Below the pieces are notes generated by a model. It was not told the DNA's origin. It saw nothing but the letters and a program-made list of their open reading frames with translations, and did not search any database. Shown here in pieces: positions 38,581 to 52,537 of a stretch of 64,000 nucleotides of DNA; within the stretch, counting starts at the first letter, position 1, and each line of letters opens with the position of its first letter. This stretch comes from Eledone cirrhosa (taxonomy: Eukaryota). The position numbers and the translations under genes were made by a program. The stretch is from NCBI GenBank assembly GCA_964016885.1, contig OZ024742.1, positions 279,310,001-279,374,000 on the forward strand. The letters run 5' to 3'.

Positions 38581-41500
38581 TTCTTTGAGTCTCAGTCATT
38601 GATGTTAGTTAACTGGAAAGTTTTTTGAAATTAATATCAAGCAACTACCTACAGCCTCAGATATCCAGGACGTATCGGAGGGTTCTTGCTGTTCCCAGCA
38701 AGCATGCCTTTTGAAGCGTTCCAAAAAGCGTGGCGGGGCCAATTTTCTTTAACCATCCCTGGAAACTTTTTGAGATAGTATCTAGTACGCCTATGACAAT
38801 CGGGACCACTTTGACTTCATGGCAGTTCCAAATCCTTTTTACCTCCCACTTTAAGTCCTGGTATCGGTTAATTTTCTCCCTCTCCTTCTCTTGCACTCTC
38901 GTGTCGAATGGGCAGGCCACCTCCACAATCAGGCACGATCTTTTTTCCTTGTCCAAAACCACCAGGTCAGATCTATTGTGTTCCAGTTTCTTGTCCGTCT
39001 GTATCCTAAAATCCCACAGCACCTTCACCTGATCGTTTTCTATCACCGACTCTGGCTTATGCTCATACCACTTCTCAGAATGTAGTAAATTGTTTACTTT
39101 GCATAGGTGCCAGTGGATCACCCGGCCCATAACATCATGTTTCCAGGCCTTATAGTGAATCTGTGCTAGGTGTTTACACTCGGATACAATGTGAGCCACA
39201 TTCTCCTCTCTCCACAGATCCTGCACAGTGGGCTATCCTCCTCCTTGTAAATATGGTGTTTCAACCACTTCGATTTGAGGGCCTGCTCTTGCGCAGCCAT
39301 TAGCATTCCTTCTGTAGCCTTTTTAAGGTCTCCTCTTTTCAACCAGTTCCATGTCTGTGGATCTCTGAATTCAGTTTTCTCAAAGAAGGTACTATGAAGT
39401 GATTTTACATGAAGGCTGCTCTTTCTCCTTGTTGTTATTTCCTCCTTGGACATCCCCTGGTCTATTGTCCTCTCCTTCAGGACAATTCTGTGCATTGGCT
39501 CCCTACTATCAGTCACGTATTTGTGTAGGTTGTTTTTCTCCATCTGAACACAGTCCTCTATGCTGATAAGACCTCTTCCACCTTCAGAGCTCCTTAAGTA
39601 GAATCTATTGACATCACTCCTCTTGTGGAACATGCTGTATATAGTCAATAGCTTCCTAGTCTTCCTATTCAGTGTCAACAAGCACATCCAACACCTTCTC
39701 ACTCGTACCGAAGAGCTTAAGATCGTCCATGAAGAGGAGGTGATTGATGGTAAGCTCTCCCTTTCCCAACTTGTATCCTGCTGTCACTTTTCGCAGTATA
39801 ATGGTCAGGGGCATCAGGACAAGGACAAACAACAGAGGGAACAGTCTATCTCCCTGGAAGATACCCCTCTTGATCTTCACGCCTCCGAAGGATTCTCCAG
39901 CTGATGTTAACTCTGTTTTCCAGGACTTCCTACTTTTGCCCAACAACTATCTGATGTTATCTGCCACCTTGAAGATCTCTAGGCTTTTGTTGATCCAAGA
40001 ATAAGCACCATATCAAATGCCTTTTTGTAGTCTATCCATCCCATGGCAAGACCAGTGTGTCTCCTCTTGCAATTCCTCATTACCATATTATCAATAGGTA
40101 ACTGGTCCTTTGTACCACGGGACTTCTTTCGGCATCCTTTCTGTTCGTCCGGTAACAAGTTGTTTGTGTGCAGGTGATGTTAGATTTCCTCAGACATAAT
40201 GCTTGTCAACAGTTTTCACATTACGGACAGACATGTAATAGGTCTATAGTTGGTAACATCATTACCCTTGATTCGGTCTTTCATTACCAGAACTATGGTA
40301 CCTTTTGTCAACCACTCTGGTACCTCACCTGACATCAAGCAGTCATTGAACATGGTTGTTAGTTTCGGGTGGAGGGATGTTATATTTTTCATCCAATACC
40401 CCTGCACACCATCTGGGCCTGGTGATTTCCATTGGTTAGTTTTTTGGCCTGCCCCTTAAGAGTTTCAACTGTGATACTCAAATCAGTTTGTTGGTGTGCC
40501 TGTTCACTAATCTCCTTTTGTACTGACTCAATCCACACTGCCTGGTCATTATGTTTAACATCCTGCTCCCATATTCCTCTCCAGAATGTCTTAGTTTGTT
40601 CCGCCTCAGGGATCAAGTCGTTGCCTCTTTCTTTCCCTTCAAGTTGTCCAAACAGCATCTTCTGATTGTTGTCAAACATGCGGTTCTGTCTATAGTGACT
40701 GACTCTGCTCTCATATCGCCTATTTTTTGCACTCTTTGCTACAATGCGTTGCTTCAGTTCCTCTATGATAATATTTAGCTTTTTCCTCCTTGTTTTGTAC
40801 TTTATTTCCAGTCTATTTTTGGTGTCTATGTTTTTTAGTGTCCCATTCAGTAGGGACTCAAGCTTTCCAATGTAATTTCTCATTTCCCTGATTTGATCAT
40901 TCAGTCGTTTCTCCCACCGAGGTTCTGATCTTTCTTGTTTGTTGTTTCCTCTCGCTTTTATGCCAAGTAATTTCCTCACCGCATATGCTGTTGCTTTGAG
41001 GATATTGTGGCACTGGTGAAGATTCCTCGCCTCAAGGTATGGGATGACTTTGTTTACCTTAGCTGTTGTTTCTTTTAACTTTTTCCTGTCTACAAATCTT
41101 AGCTTCATAGGTTTCCCACTATCATTGTTCAATTCATCTACCACTAAATTTAGGATATAAACCAAATCTTGTCCTAGCCCGTCAGCATTCATCTCCTCAA
41201 TGGCCGTATCTTTGTTCCAGGTATTATTTATTTCAGCATTCAGATCATTATCTGCTTCTGATGGTTCCTCCGTTCTCTCAACCTCTTCACCTTCATTTCC
41301 CACTGGCTCGTTTGCCTGGCATACTCCACTCTCCATTTCCAAGCTAATCTCTCTGCTCAGTTCCTCCAGTTCCCGCTCGCTTATCCACCCATTAGTTCTT
41401 ATTACCCGAGCCTGCCCGGCCAATTTTTGTTCATCTAATTTAAATAGACCAATCTCGTTCCAGATGTTATGCATCCGTTTCCTATAGCCTTTCTCCTTGG

Positions 41501-42642
41501 GGTTACTCTTCGGGTAACATTGCATAACAGTTCTATTCAATTCTTTCGTCCAGTTGGTTCTGGTCCCTTTCCTTCTTCTTCTTCCTCCGACACCAGCAGT
41601 ATTTGGTTGACAGCCAGGTCCCTGCTGCTGAGCCAGGGAGCACGTTCTGGGTGAGAGTCTGTCACTTGACATTCCAGTCACCACTTCGCCGTTATTCGAA
41701 CTGTTTAGGTTCGACATTTAAACACTCTTATCGAGGATTGGTGAACTTATGGTTACATAACCACCGGTGATTTCATCACCCCCGGTGATTTTAGTGCGGA
41801 ACTATCACGCTGTAGACGAACATAAATAAACAAACAAACAAATACGTAAAAAAAAAAAAAAGAATAAGCAGAAATTTCATTGTAATGTAATGTTTGAATG
41901 TCTGACATAGTTTTTTTTTCCTTCTCTGTCTGTCTGTTTGTTTTTCTTTTGATTTTTCTTTTCTTTACGTTTTTCGTTGTTGCTGTGCTGTTCTGAGTTT
42001 GATTTTTTTATTTTTTATTTTTTGACCGGGTCATCAAATCAGTCTATTTATATCTTTTGATGCCTTCCTCTTTTAGTGAGGACACTACGATGCATGTCTT
42101 AGCAGGAGGTAGTGGGAGAGAATAGAGGCGGTAGTGATAATGAGGCAGTGGTGGTGGTGGTGGTGCTGTGCTAGTAGTACTTTGCAGGAGGTTGTGGGCG
42201 AGAATAGCGGCAGTAGCGATAATGAGGCAGTGGTGTTGGTGATGTGATCGTAGTACTGTAGTGATGGTGTTGAAGTTGAAGGAGAAATAGAAATTGAGGT
42301 AACTTGACTAGAGTTTTTGGCGTGATAGTGGTGATGGAGGTGGTGGTGGTGTTGGTGGTGTTGGTGGTGACATTATTTGCCTGCCTGTCCACTTAGCTAT
42401 TTAGCTATTTAGCCATTTTGCCATTTTCCTCTTTTTCGACTATAACATTTCTGATCCAAAAGTAAATATTAAATATTGGGGCCCTATGCCGGAAAGTGAT
42501 GCGTTATGGCTTGCTGCGCATTAAAAATGTAATCTTAGACTTCATTTGTAATTAGAATTATTCTATCACGTTGTTTTAAATAAATAAAAATCAAAAATTT
42601 ACGTGAGCGATTCCACAACGATATATATCCACCATGTGAGTT
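38581..42642 (-). mobile_element. R4-like family 2 copy B, near full length, disrupted
   Basis: ORF pieces 40389-41717, 40216-40407, 39665-39946, 39166-39702 and 38657-39226. ~360-bp deletion at ~39670; divergent ~0.9-kb 5' region. Confidence 0.92.
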
Positions 42643-42864
<222 letters not shown>

Positions 42865-45800
42865 TTCCTTGAATCTCAGTCATTGATATTGGTTAACTGG
42901 AAAGTCCGTTGGATTGAATATCAAGCCACTACCTGCAGCCTCAGATATTCAGGACGTATCGGAGGGTTCTTGCTGTTCCAAGCAAGCATGCCTTTTGAAG
43001 CGTTCCAAAAAGCGTGAAGGGGCCGATTTTCTTTAACCATCCCTGGAAACTTTTGGAGATAGTCCCCAGTGCGCCTATGACAATCGGGATCACTTTGACT
43101 TCATGGCAGTTCCAAATCCTTTTCACCTCCCACTTTAGGTCCTGGTATCGGTTATTTTTCTCCCTCTCCTTCTCTTGCACTCTCGTGTCGAACGGGCAGG
43201 CCACATCCACAATCAGACACGATCTTTTTTCTTTGTCCACAACCACCAGGTCAGGTCTATTGTGTTCCAGTTTCTTGTCCGTCTGTATCCTAAAGTCCCA
43301 CAGCACCTTCACCTGATCGTTCTCCATCACCGCCTCTGGCCTATGCTCATACCATTTCTCAGAATGTGGTAAATTGTTTACTTTGCACGGGTGCCAGTGG
43401 ATCACCCTGCCCATCACATCGTGTCTCCAGCCCTTATAGTGGGTCGGGGCTAGGTGTTTACACTCGGACACAATGTGAGCCACAGTCTCCTCTCTCTCTC
43501 TCCACAGATCCTGCACAGTGGGCTAGCCTCCTCCTTGTAAATATGGTGCTTCAACCACTTCGTTTTGAGGGCCTGCTCCTGCGCAGCCATTAGCATTCCT
43601 TCTGTAGCCTTTTTGAGGTCTCCTCTTCTCAACCAGTTCCATGTCTGTGGATCTCTAAATTCAGTTTTCTCAAAGAAGGTACTATGAAGGGGTTTTCCCT
43701 TAAGGCTGCTCTTCCTCCTTGATGTTATTTCCTCCTTGGACATCCCCTGGCCTACTGTCCCCTCCTTCAGTACAGTTCTGAGCATTGGCTCCTTACTATA
43801 GGTCACGTATTTGTATAGGTTGTTTTTCTCCATCTGAACACAGTCCTCTATGCTGATAAGACCTCTTCCACCCTCAGATCTCCTTAGGTAGAGTCTATCG
43901 ACATCACTCCTCTTGTGGAACATGTTGTAGATAGTCAATAGCTTCCTAGTCTTCCTATCCATTTCTTTTTGTTCAGCAACATTCCATCTCAGAATTCCCG
44001 CACTGTACCTAATAATAGACACAGCTCGGGAATTTACTGCGCTTATGGCATTTCTGCTGTTCAGATGTGACTTCAATACGCTCCTTACTCTCCGAATATA
44101 TTCAGTTCTTAACAATTCCTTCATTTTTTTGTTCTTTATGCCATCAGCCTCCAGAACGCCCAAATACTTGTATCCTTCCTCAGAGTCAATTTCCTTTATC
44201 ATCTCACCTGTTGGTATCTGGATCCCGTTACTTCTGCTCAACCTACCCCTCCTCATCACAATGACTCCACATTTACCAATACCAAACTGCATACATATAT
44301 CACTGCTGAAAATACGGACAGTGTCAACAAACACATCCAACTCCTTCTCACTTTTCCCGAAGAGCTTAAAATCGTCCATGAAGAGGAGGTGATTGATGGT
44401 AAGCTCTCCCCTTCCCAACTTGTATCCTGCTCTCACTTTTTGCAGCATAATGGTCAGGGGTATCAGGGCAAGGACAAACAACAGAGGGGACAGGCTATCT
44501 CCCTGGAAGATACCTCTCTTGATCTTCACGCTTCCCAAGGATACTCCAGTTGATGTCAACTCTGTCTCCCAGGACCCCATACTCCTGCCTAGCAACTGTC
44601 TGATGTTATCTGCCACCCTGAAGATCTCCAGGCTTTTGGTGATCCAAGAATGAGGCACCATGTCAAATGCCTTTCTGTAGTCTATCCATCCCATGGCAAG
44701 ATCAGTGTGTCTCCTCCTGCAATTCCCCATTACCATCTTATCAATAAGCAACTGGTCCTTTGTACCACGTGACTTCTTTCGGCATCCTTTCTGTTCGTCC
44801 GGTAACAAGTTGTTTGTGTGGAGGTGATGGTAGATTTGCTCAGACACAATGCTCGTCAACAGTTTCCACATTACGGACAGACATGTGATAGGTCTATAGT
44901 TGGTAACATCATTACCCTTGATTCGGTCTTTCATTATCAGAACTGTGGTACCTTTTGTCAACCACTCTGGCACCTCACCCGACACCAAGCAGTCATTGAA
45001 CATGGCTGTCAGCTTCGGGTGGAGGGATGTTAAATGTTTAATCCAATACCCCTGCACACCATCTGGGCCTGGTGATTTCCAGTTGGTTAGTTTTTTGGCC
45101 TGCCCCTTAAGAGTTTCAACTGTGATACTCAAATCAGTGTGTTGTTGTGCCTGCTCACCGATCTCACTCTGTACTGTCTCAATCCACCCTGCCTGGACAT
45201 TATGTCTAACATCCTGCTCCCATATTCCTCTCCAGAATGTTTTAGTTTGCTCCGCCCCAGGGATCAAGTCGTTGCCTCTTTCTTTCCCCTCAAGCTGTCC
45301 AAACATCATCTTCTGGTTGTTGTCGAACATGCGGTTCTGTTTATACTGACTGACTCTGTTCTCGTATCGCCTGATTTTTGCACTCTTTGCTACAATGCGT
45401 TGCTTCAGTTCCTCTATGATAATATTTAGCTTTTTCCTCCTAGTTTTGTATTTTATTTCCAGTCTATTTTTAGTGCCTATGTTTTTATGAGTGTCCCATT
45501 CAGTAGTGACTCAAGCTTTCCCATGTCATTTCTCATTTCCCCGATTTGCCCACTCAGTCGCTTCTTCCACCACGGCTCTGCTCTTTCTTGTCTGTTGTTT
45601 TCTCTCGCTTTTATACCAAGTAGTTTCCTCACCGTATTTGCTGTTGCTTTGAGGATGTTGTTGCACTGGTGAAGGCTCCTCGCCTCAAGGTATGGGATGA
45701 CTTTGTTTACCTTAGCTGTTGTTTCTTTTAACTTTTTCCTGTCTACAAATCTTAGGTTCATAGGTCTCCCACTATCATTGTTCAATTCATCTACCACTAA

Positions 45801-47434
45801 ATTTAGGATGTCAACCGAATCTTGTCCTAGCCCGTCAGCATCCATCTCCTCAGTGGCCGTATCTCTGTTCCAGGTATTATTTATCTCAGTATTCAGATCA
45901 TTGTCTGCTTCGGGTGGTTCCTCCGTTCTCAGGACCTCTTCACCTTCATTTCCCACTGGCTCGCTTGTCTGGCATACTACACCCGCCATCTCCAAGCCAT
46001 TCTCTCTGCTCAGTTCCTCCAGTTCCAGCTCGCTTATCCACCCATTAGTTCTTATTACCCGAGCCTGCCCGGCCCATTTTTGTTCATCTAATTTAAATAA
46101 ACCAATCTCGTTCCAGATGTTATGCACCCGTCTCCTGTAGCCCCTCTCCTTGGGGTTACTTTTCAGGTAACATTGCATAACAGTTCTATTCAATTCTTTC
46201 GTCCAGTTGGTTCTGACCCCTTTCCTTCTTCTCCTTCCTCCAACATCAGCAGTATTTGGTTGACAGTCAGGTTCCTGCTGCTGAGCCAGGGGGCACCTGT
46301 TGGGTGAGAGTCTGTCACATGACGTTCTAGTCTCCATTTCACCGTTATTCGAACTGTTTATGTTCGATATTTAAACACTCTTATCGAGGATTGGCGAATG
46401 TATGGTTACATAGCCATCTGTGGATCCGCCATTCCAATTGGCCCTTGTGTGGCATTATCACCTCGCTGTATACGAACACACATAAACAAACAAACACACA
46501 GGCAGAAAGGGCCCCAAAAATGAATAAGCATAAGTTTCATTGTAATGTAGTGTTCGAATGTCTGACTTAGTTTTTGTTTTTTAAGTTTTAGATTTTCCCT
46601 CCTCTTCTCTGTCCGTCCGCCTGCTTCTCTCTTCATTCTTATTTTCTTTACGTTTTTTTTTTTTTGGGGGGGGGGGGGGGGTGTTTTTGTTTTTGTTTTT
46701 GTTTTTCTCTGTTTGTTTTTCTCGTTTTTGCTGTTGTTGCTGTGCTGCTTTGGTTTTGTGGTTTGTTTTTTCTTTTTTCTTTTGAGTCTATCTATATATT
46801 TTGATGCCTTCCTCTTTTTTAGCAGTAGGGATTCTATAGTGTGGTGGTAGCAGCCAGCTGGGAGAAGTGGAAGACTGGCGGCGGTAGCGATACTGAGACA
46901 GTGGTGGTGGTGTTGTCGATACCGAGGCAGTGGTGGCGGTGATGTGACCGTATTACTGGAGTGATGGTGCTGTAGCGGTGGTAGCAGTGAAGGAGTGAAG
47001 GGTTGGTGGCGGCGGAGATGGGATAATGGTGGTAATGATGGCCGTAGTGAGCGGTGGTGGTGAAAATGCCGTTATCTGGCTGTTGTGTTTAGTGTACACA
47101 GGTGATGGGGTGGGTTGTGTATCTAGTTTCTGGTGTTGGTGAGTTTGGCTGTTCTATATAGTGTAGACAGAGGAGAGGAGGGGGGGGGGGTTCTTCTTCC
47201 ATTTATAGCCATTTTCTTTTTTGGATATACAGTGTACAATACAAAGTTGAATATTTGAATATTTGAGCCTTATAACAATATATTTTGGGTCCGAAATTTT
47301 TGGGGCTCAAGCCGGGTGCTTTACGTAGCATTTGTACTAAGAGTTGTTATTTCACAAATGATTTAAATATGTTAAAAATTCAAAACTTACGGGAGCGATT
47401 TCATGACCTCCGCCACCTCGTGCGTCTTCTTCCC
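42865..47434 (-). mobile_element. R4-like family 2 copy C, full length, two frameshifts
   Basis: Nearly identical to copy D, with 2-nt insertions at ~45488 and in the (CT)n at ~43495. Confidence 0.95.
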
Positions 47435-47467
47435 TTATTATTATTATTATTATTATTATTATTGTTA

Positions 47468-50400
47468 TTCCTTGAATCTCAGTCATTGATGTTGGTTAAC
47501 TGGAAAGTCCGGTGGATTGAATATCAAGCCACTACCTGCAGCCTCAGATATTCAGGACGTATCGGAGGGTTCTTGCTGTTCCAAGCAAGCATGCCTTTTG
47601 AAGCGTTCCAAAAAGCGTGAAGGGGCCGATTTTCTTTAACCATCCCTGGAAACTTTTGGAGATAGTCCCCAGTGCGCCTATGACAATCGGGATCACTTTG
47701 ACTTCATGGCAGTTCCAAATCCTTTTCACCTCCCACTTTAGGTCCTGGTATCGGTTAATTTTCTCCCTCTCCTTCTCTTGCACTCTCGTGTCGAACGGGC
47801 AGGCCACATCCACAATCAGGCACGATCTTTTTTCTTTGTCCACAACCACCAGGTCAGGTCTATTGTGTTCCAGCTTTTTGTCCGTCTGTATCCTAAAATC
47901 CCACAGCACCTTCACCTGATCGTTCTCCATCACCGCCTCTGGCCTATGCTCATACCATTTCTCAGAATGTGGTAGATTGTTTACTTTGCACAGGTGCCAG
48001 TGGATCACCCTGCCCATCACATCGTGTCTCCAGCCCTTATAGTGGGTCTGGGCTAGGTGTTTACACTCGGACACAATGTGAGCCACAGTCTCCTCTCTCT
48101 CTCCACAGATCCTGCACAGTGGGCTGGCCTCCTCCTTGTAGATATGGTGCTTCAACCACTTCGTTTTGAGGGCCTGCTCCTGCGCAGCCATTAGCATTCC
48201 TTCTGTAGCCTTTTTGAGGTCTCCTCTTCTCAACCAGTTCCATGTCTGTGGATCTCTAAATTCAGTTTTCTCAAAGAAGGTACTATGAAGGGGTTTTCCC
48301 TTAAGGCTGCTCTTCCTCCTTGATGTTATTTCCTCCCTGGACATCCCCTGGCCTACTGTCCCCTCCTTCAGTACAGCTCTGAGCATTGGCTCCTTACTAT
48401 AGGTCACGTATTTGTATAGGTTGTTTTTCTCCATCTGAACACAGTCCTCTATGCTGATAAGACCTCTTCCACCCTCAGATCTCCTTAGGTAGAGTCTATC
48501 GACATCACTCCTCTTGTGGAACATGTTGTAGATAGTCAATAGCTTCCTAGTCTTCTTATCCATTTCTTTCTGTTCAGCAACATTCCATCTCAGAATTCCC
48601 GCACTGTACCTAATAATAGACACAGCTCGGGAATTTACTGCGCTTATGGCATTTCTGCTGTTCAGATGTGACTTCAATACGCTCCTTACTCTCCGAATGT
48701 ATTCAGTTCTTAACAATTCCCTCATTTTTTTGTTCTTTATGCCATCAGCCTCCAGAACGCCCAAATACTTGTATCCTTCCTCAGAGTCAATTTCCTTTAT
48801 CATCTCACCTGTTGGTATCTGGATCCCGTTACTTCTGCTCAACCTACCCCTCTTCATCACAATGACTCCACATTTACCAATACCAAACTTCATACATATA
48901 TCACTGCTGAAAATACGGACAGTGTCAACAAGCACATCCAACTCCTTCTCACTTTTCCCGAAGAGCTTAAGATCGTCCATGAAGAGGAGGTGATTGATGG
49001 TAAGCTCTCCCCTTCCCAACTTGTATCCTGCTCTCACTTTTCGCAGCATAATGGTCAAGGGCATCAGGGCAAGGACAAACAACAGAGGGGACAGGCTATC
49101 TCCCTGGAAGATACCTCTCTTGATCTTCACGCTTCCCAAGGATACTCCAGTTGATGTCAACTCTGTCTCCCAGGACCCCATACTCCTGCCTAGCAACTGT
49201 CTGATGTTATCCGCCACCCTGAAGATCTCCAGGCTTTTGGTGATCCAGGAATGAGGCACCATGTCAAATGCCTTTCTGTAGTCTATCCATCCCATGGCAA
49301 GATCAGTGTGTCTCCTCCTGCAATTCCCCATTACCATCTTATCAATAAGCAACTGGTCCTTTGTACCACGTGACTTCTTTCGGCATCCTTTCTGTTCGTC
49401 CGGTAACAAGTTGTTTGTGTGTATGTGATGGTAGATTTCCTCAGACACAATGCTCGTCAACAGTTTCCACATTACGGGCAGACATGTGATAGGTCTATAG
49501 TTGGTAGCATCATTACCCTTGATTCGATCTTTCATTATCAGAACTGTGGTACCTTTTGTCAACCACTCTGGCACCTCACCCGACACCAAGCAGTCATTGA
49601 ACATGGCCGTCAACTTCGGGTGGAGGGATGTTAGATGTTTAATCCAATACCCCTGCACACCATCTGGGCCTGGCGATTTCCAGTTGGTTAGTTTTTTGGC
49701 TTGTCCCTTAAGAGTTTCAACTGTGATACTCAAATCAGTCTGTTGCTGTGCCTGCTCACCGATCTCCCTCTGTACTGTCTCAATCCACCCTGCCTGGGCA
49801 TTGTGTCTAACATCCTGCTCCCATATTCCTCTCCAGAATGTTTTAGTTTGCTCCGCCCCAGGGATCAAGTCGTTGCCTCTTTCTTTCCCCTCAAGCTGTC
49901 CAAACAGCATCTTCTGGTTGTTGTCGAACATGCGGTTCTGTTTATACTGACTGACTCTGTTCTCGTATCGCCTGATTTTTGCACTCTTTGCTACAATGCG
50001 TTGCTTCAATTCCTCTATGATAATATTTAGCTTTTTACTCCTAGTTTTGTATTTTATTTCCAGTCTATTTTTAGTGCCTATGTTTTTTAGTGTCCCATTC
50101 AGTAGTGACTCAAGCTTTCCTATGTCATTTCTCATTTCCCCGATTTGCCCACTCAGTCGCTTCTTCCACCACGGCTCTGCTCTTTCTTGTCTGTTGTTTC
50201 CTCTCGCTTTTATACCAAGAAGTTTCCTCACCGTATTTGCTGTTGCTCTGAGGATATTGTTGCACTGGTGAAGGCTCCTCGCCTCAAGGTATGGGATGAC
50301 TTTGTTTACCTTAGCTGTTGTTTCTTTTAACTTTTTCCTGTCTACAAATCTTAGGTTCATAGGTCTCCCAATATCATTGTTCAATTCATCTACCACTAAA

Positions 50401-52005
50401 TTTAGGATGTCAACCGAATCTTGTCCTAGCCCGTCAGCATTCATCTCCTCAGTGGCCGTATCTCTGTTCCAGGTATTATTTATCTCAGTACTCAGATCAT
50501 TGTCTGCTTCGGGTGGTTCCTCCGTTCTCAGGACCTCCTCACCTTCATTTCCCACCGGCTCGCTTGTCTGGCATACTACACCCGCCATCTCCAAGCCATT
50601 CTCTCTGCTCAGTTCCTCCAGTTCCAGCTCGCTTATCCACCCATTAGTTCTTATTACCCGAGCCTGCCCGGCCAATTTTTGTTCATCTAATTTAAATAAA
50701 CCAATCTCGTTCCAGATGTTATGCATCCGTCTCCTGTAGCCCCTCTCCTTGGGGTTACTTTTCAGGTAGCATTGCATAACAGTTATATTCAATTCTTTCG
50801 TCCAGTTGGTTCTGGCCCCTTTCCTTCTTCTCCTTCCTCCAACATCAGCAGTATTTGGTTGACAGTCAGGTTCCTGCTGCTGAGCCAGGGGGCACCTGTT
50901 GGGTGAGAGTCTGTCACATGACGTTCTAGTCTCCATTTCACCGTTATTCGAACTGTTTATGTTCGATATTTAAACACTCTTATCGAGGATTGGCGAATGT
51001 ATGTTTACATAGCCATCTGTGGGTCCGCCATCCCACTTGGCCCTTGTGTGGCATTATCACCATGCTGTATACGAACACACATAAACAAACAAACACACAG
51101 GCAGAAAGGGCCCCAGAAATGAATAAGCATAAGTTTCATTGTAATGTAGTGTTCGAATGTCTGACTTAGTTTTAGTTTTTTAAGTTTTACTTTTTCCCCC
51201 CTCTTCTCTGTCCGTCCGCCTGCTTCTCTCTTCATTCTTATTTTCTTTACGTTTTTGGGGTCTCTTTTTTTTTTTGTTTTTCTTTTTCTCTGTTTGTTTT
51301 TCTCGTTTTTTGCTGTTGTTGCTGTGCTGCTTTGGTTTTGTTGTTTGTTTTTTCTTTTTTCTTTTGGGTCTATCTATATATTTTGATGCCTTCCTCTTTG
51401 TTAGTAGTAGGAATTCTATAATGTGGAAGTAGAAGCCAGCAGGGAAGTGGGAGACTGGCGGCGTTAGCGATACTGAGACAGTGGTGGTGGTGATGTCGAT
51501 ACCGAGGCAGTGGTGGCGGTGATGTGACCGTATTACTGTAGTGATGGTGCTGTAGCGGAGTCAAGGGGTGGTGGCGGCGTTGCTGGGATAGTGGTGGTAA
51601 TGATGGCCGTAGTGAGCGGTGGCGGTGAAGGTGAAAATGTGTCGTTATCTGACTGTTGTGTTTAGTATACACAGATGATGGGGTGGGTGGTGTATCTAGT
51701 TTCTGGTGTTGGTGAGTTTAGCTGTCCTATATAGTGTAGCCAGAGGAGAGGAGGGGAGGGGTTCTTCTTCCATTTATAGCCTTTTTTTTTTTTGGATATA
51801 CAGTGTACAATACAAAGTTGAATATTTGAATATTTGAGCCTTATAACAATATATTTTGGGTCCGAATTTTTGGGGGCTCTAGCCGGGTGCTTTACGTAGC
51901 ATTTGTGCTAAGAGTTGTTATTTCACAAATGGTTTAAATATGTTAAAAATTCAAAACTTACGGGAGCGATTTCATGACCTCCGTCACCTCGTGCGTCTTC
52001 TTCCC
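47468..52005 (-). mobile_element. R4-like family 2 copy D, full length, intact
   Basis: ~1.07-kb 5' region, intact ORF, 76-nt 3' UTR, TAA arrays on both sides. Same 5' terminus as copy C. Confidence 0.95.
47544..50936 (-). CDS. Intact 1130-aa RT / RLE polyprotein
   Basis: RTNWTKELN N-terminal motif; KSPGPDG, NYRPITCL, IDYRKAFD, GIFQGDSLSP, FMDDLK; CRICGEREETVAHIVSEC; RHD; NRPDLVV..VDVACP..EKINRY. Confidence 0.95.
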   Translation of the reverse strand: METRTSCDRLSPNRCPLAQQQEPDCQPNTADVGGRRRRKGARTNWTKELNITVMQCYLKSNPKERGYRRRMHNIWNEIGLFKLDEQKLAGQARVIRTNGWISELELEELSRENGLEMAGVVCQTSEPVGNEGEEVLRTEEPPEADNDLSTEINNTWNRDTATEEMNADGLGQDSVDILNLVVDELNNDIGRPMNLRFVDRKKLKETTAKVNKVIPYLEARSLHQCNNILRATANTVRKLLGIKARGNNRQERAEPWWKKRLSGQIGEMRNDIGKLESLLNGTLKNIGTKNRLEIKYKTRSKKLNIIIEELKQRIVAKSAKIRRYENRVSQYKQNRMFDNNQKMLFGQLEGKERGNDLIPGAEQTKTFWRGIWEQDVRHNAQAGWIETVQREIGEQAQQQTDLSITVETLKGQAKKLTNWKSPGPDGVQGYWIKHLTSLHPKLTAMFNDCLVSGEVPEWLTKGTTVLIMKDRIKGNDATNYRPITCLPVMWKLLTSIVSEEIYHHIHTNNLLPDEQKGCRKKSRGTKDQLLIDKMVMGNCRRRHTDLAMGWIDYRKAFDMVPHSWITKSLEIFRVADNIRQLLGRSMGSWETELTSTGVSLGSVKIKRGIFQGDSLSPLLFVLALMPLTIMLRKVRAGYKLGRGELTINHLLFMDDLKLFGKSEKELDVLVDTVRIFSSDICMKFGIGKCGVIVMKRGRLSRSNGIQIPTGEMIKEIDSEEGYKYLGVLEADGIKNKKMRELLRTEYIRRVRSVLKSHLNSRNAISAVNSRAVSIIRYSAGILRWNVAEQKEMDKKTRKLLTIYNMFHKRSDVDRLYLRRSEGGRGLISIEDCVQMEKNNLYKYVTYSKEPMLRAVLKEGTVGQGMSREEITSRRKSSLKGKPLHSTFFEKTEFRDPQTWNWLRRGDLKKATEGMLMAAQEQALKTKWLKHHIYKEEASPLCRICGEREETVAHIVSECKHLAQTHYKGWRHDVMGRVIHWHLCKVNNLPHSEKWYEHRPEAVMENDQVKVLWDFRIQTDKKLEHNRPDLVVVDKEKRSCLIVDVACPFDTRVQEKEREKINRYQDLKWEVKRIWNCHEVKVIPIVIGALGTISKSFQGWLKKIGPFTLFGTLQKACLLGTARTLRYVLNI

Positions 52006-52091
<86 letters not shown>
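52006..52091. repeat. (TTA)n array at the polarity switch point
   Basis: Direct read. Confidence 0.95.
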
Positions 52092-52283
52092 TTTACTGGG
52101 CTTTCTCCACAAATGTCCCTCCGAAGTCTCCCCCCTATTGGGGAATTTTTCATTGTTATTTTTTGTTACATCCTCTGTTTTTGTTTTTTACACGCAGAAG
52201 TGCCCATTTGTACCGTCCTGCATTGTCCTGCACTGTCCTTAATGTCTACTTTATGTAAACCCTTGTGGTTAATAAAGAAATCA
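52092..52283 (+). mobile_element. Tx1-like 3' UTR-only insertion
   Basis: Matches ~57998-58185; AATAAA then a TTA tail. Confidence 0.9.
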
Positions 52284-52537
52284 TTATTATTATTATTATC
52301 ATTATTATTATTATTATTATTATTATTGGCGACCTACGTAGTAAATCGTATCATCGTGAGCTCCGCAAATGTTTGTTATTTCCGTTTGTTAAAAATTGCC
52401 AGTTATGGAAAAATTTGATTGTTAACCATATATAAGCGCACATACATTGTTTTCCGAAAAGGACACCCAAAAAGATTGGGGCCTTGTGCCCAAAATTTAA
52501 ACTTTTATTATTATCAAAAAAATTTCTTTGAAAAAAA

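Noticed and set aside
43014-50906. Recurrent antisense ORFs over the R4-like copies
   Set aside because: Shadow ORFs on the opposite strand of RT coding sequence; they recur only because the copies are near-identical.
51955-52005. HDV-like ribozyme at the R4-like 5' end
   Set aside because: Only a small GTGAC/GTCAT hairpin; I could not build the nested double pseudoknot. A covariance-model search would settle it.
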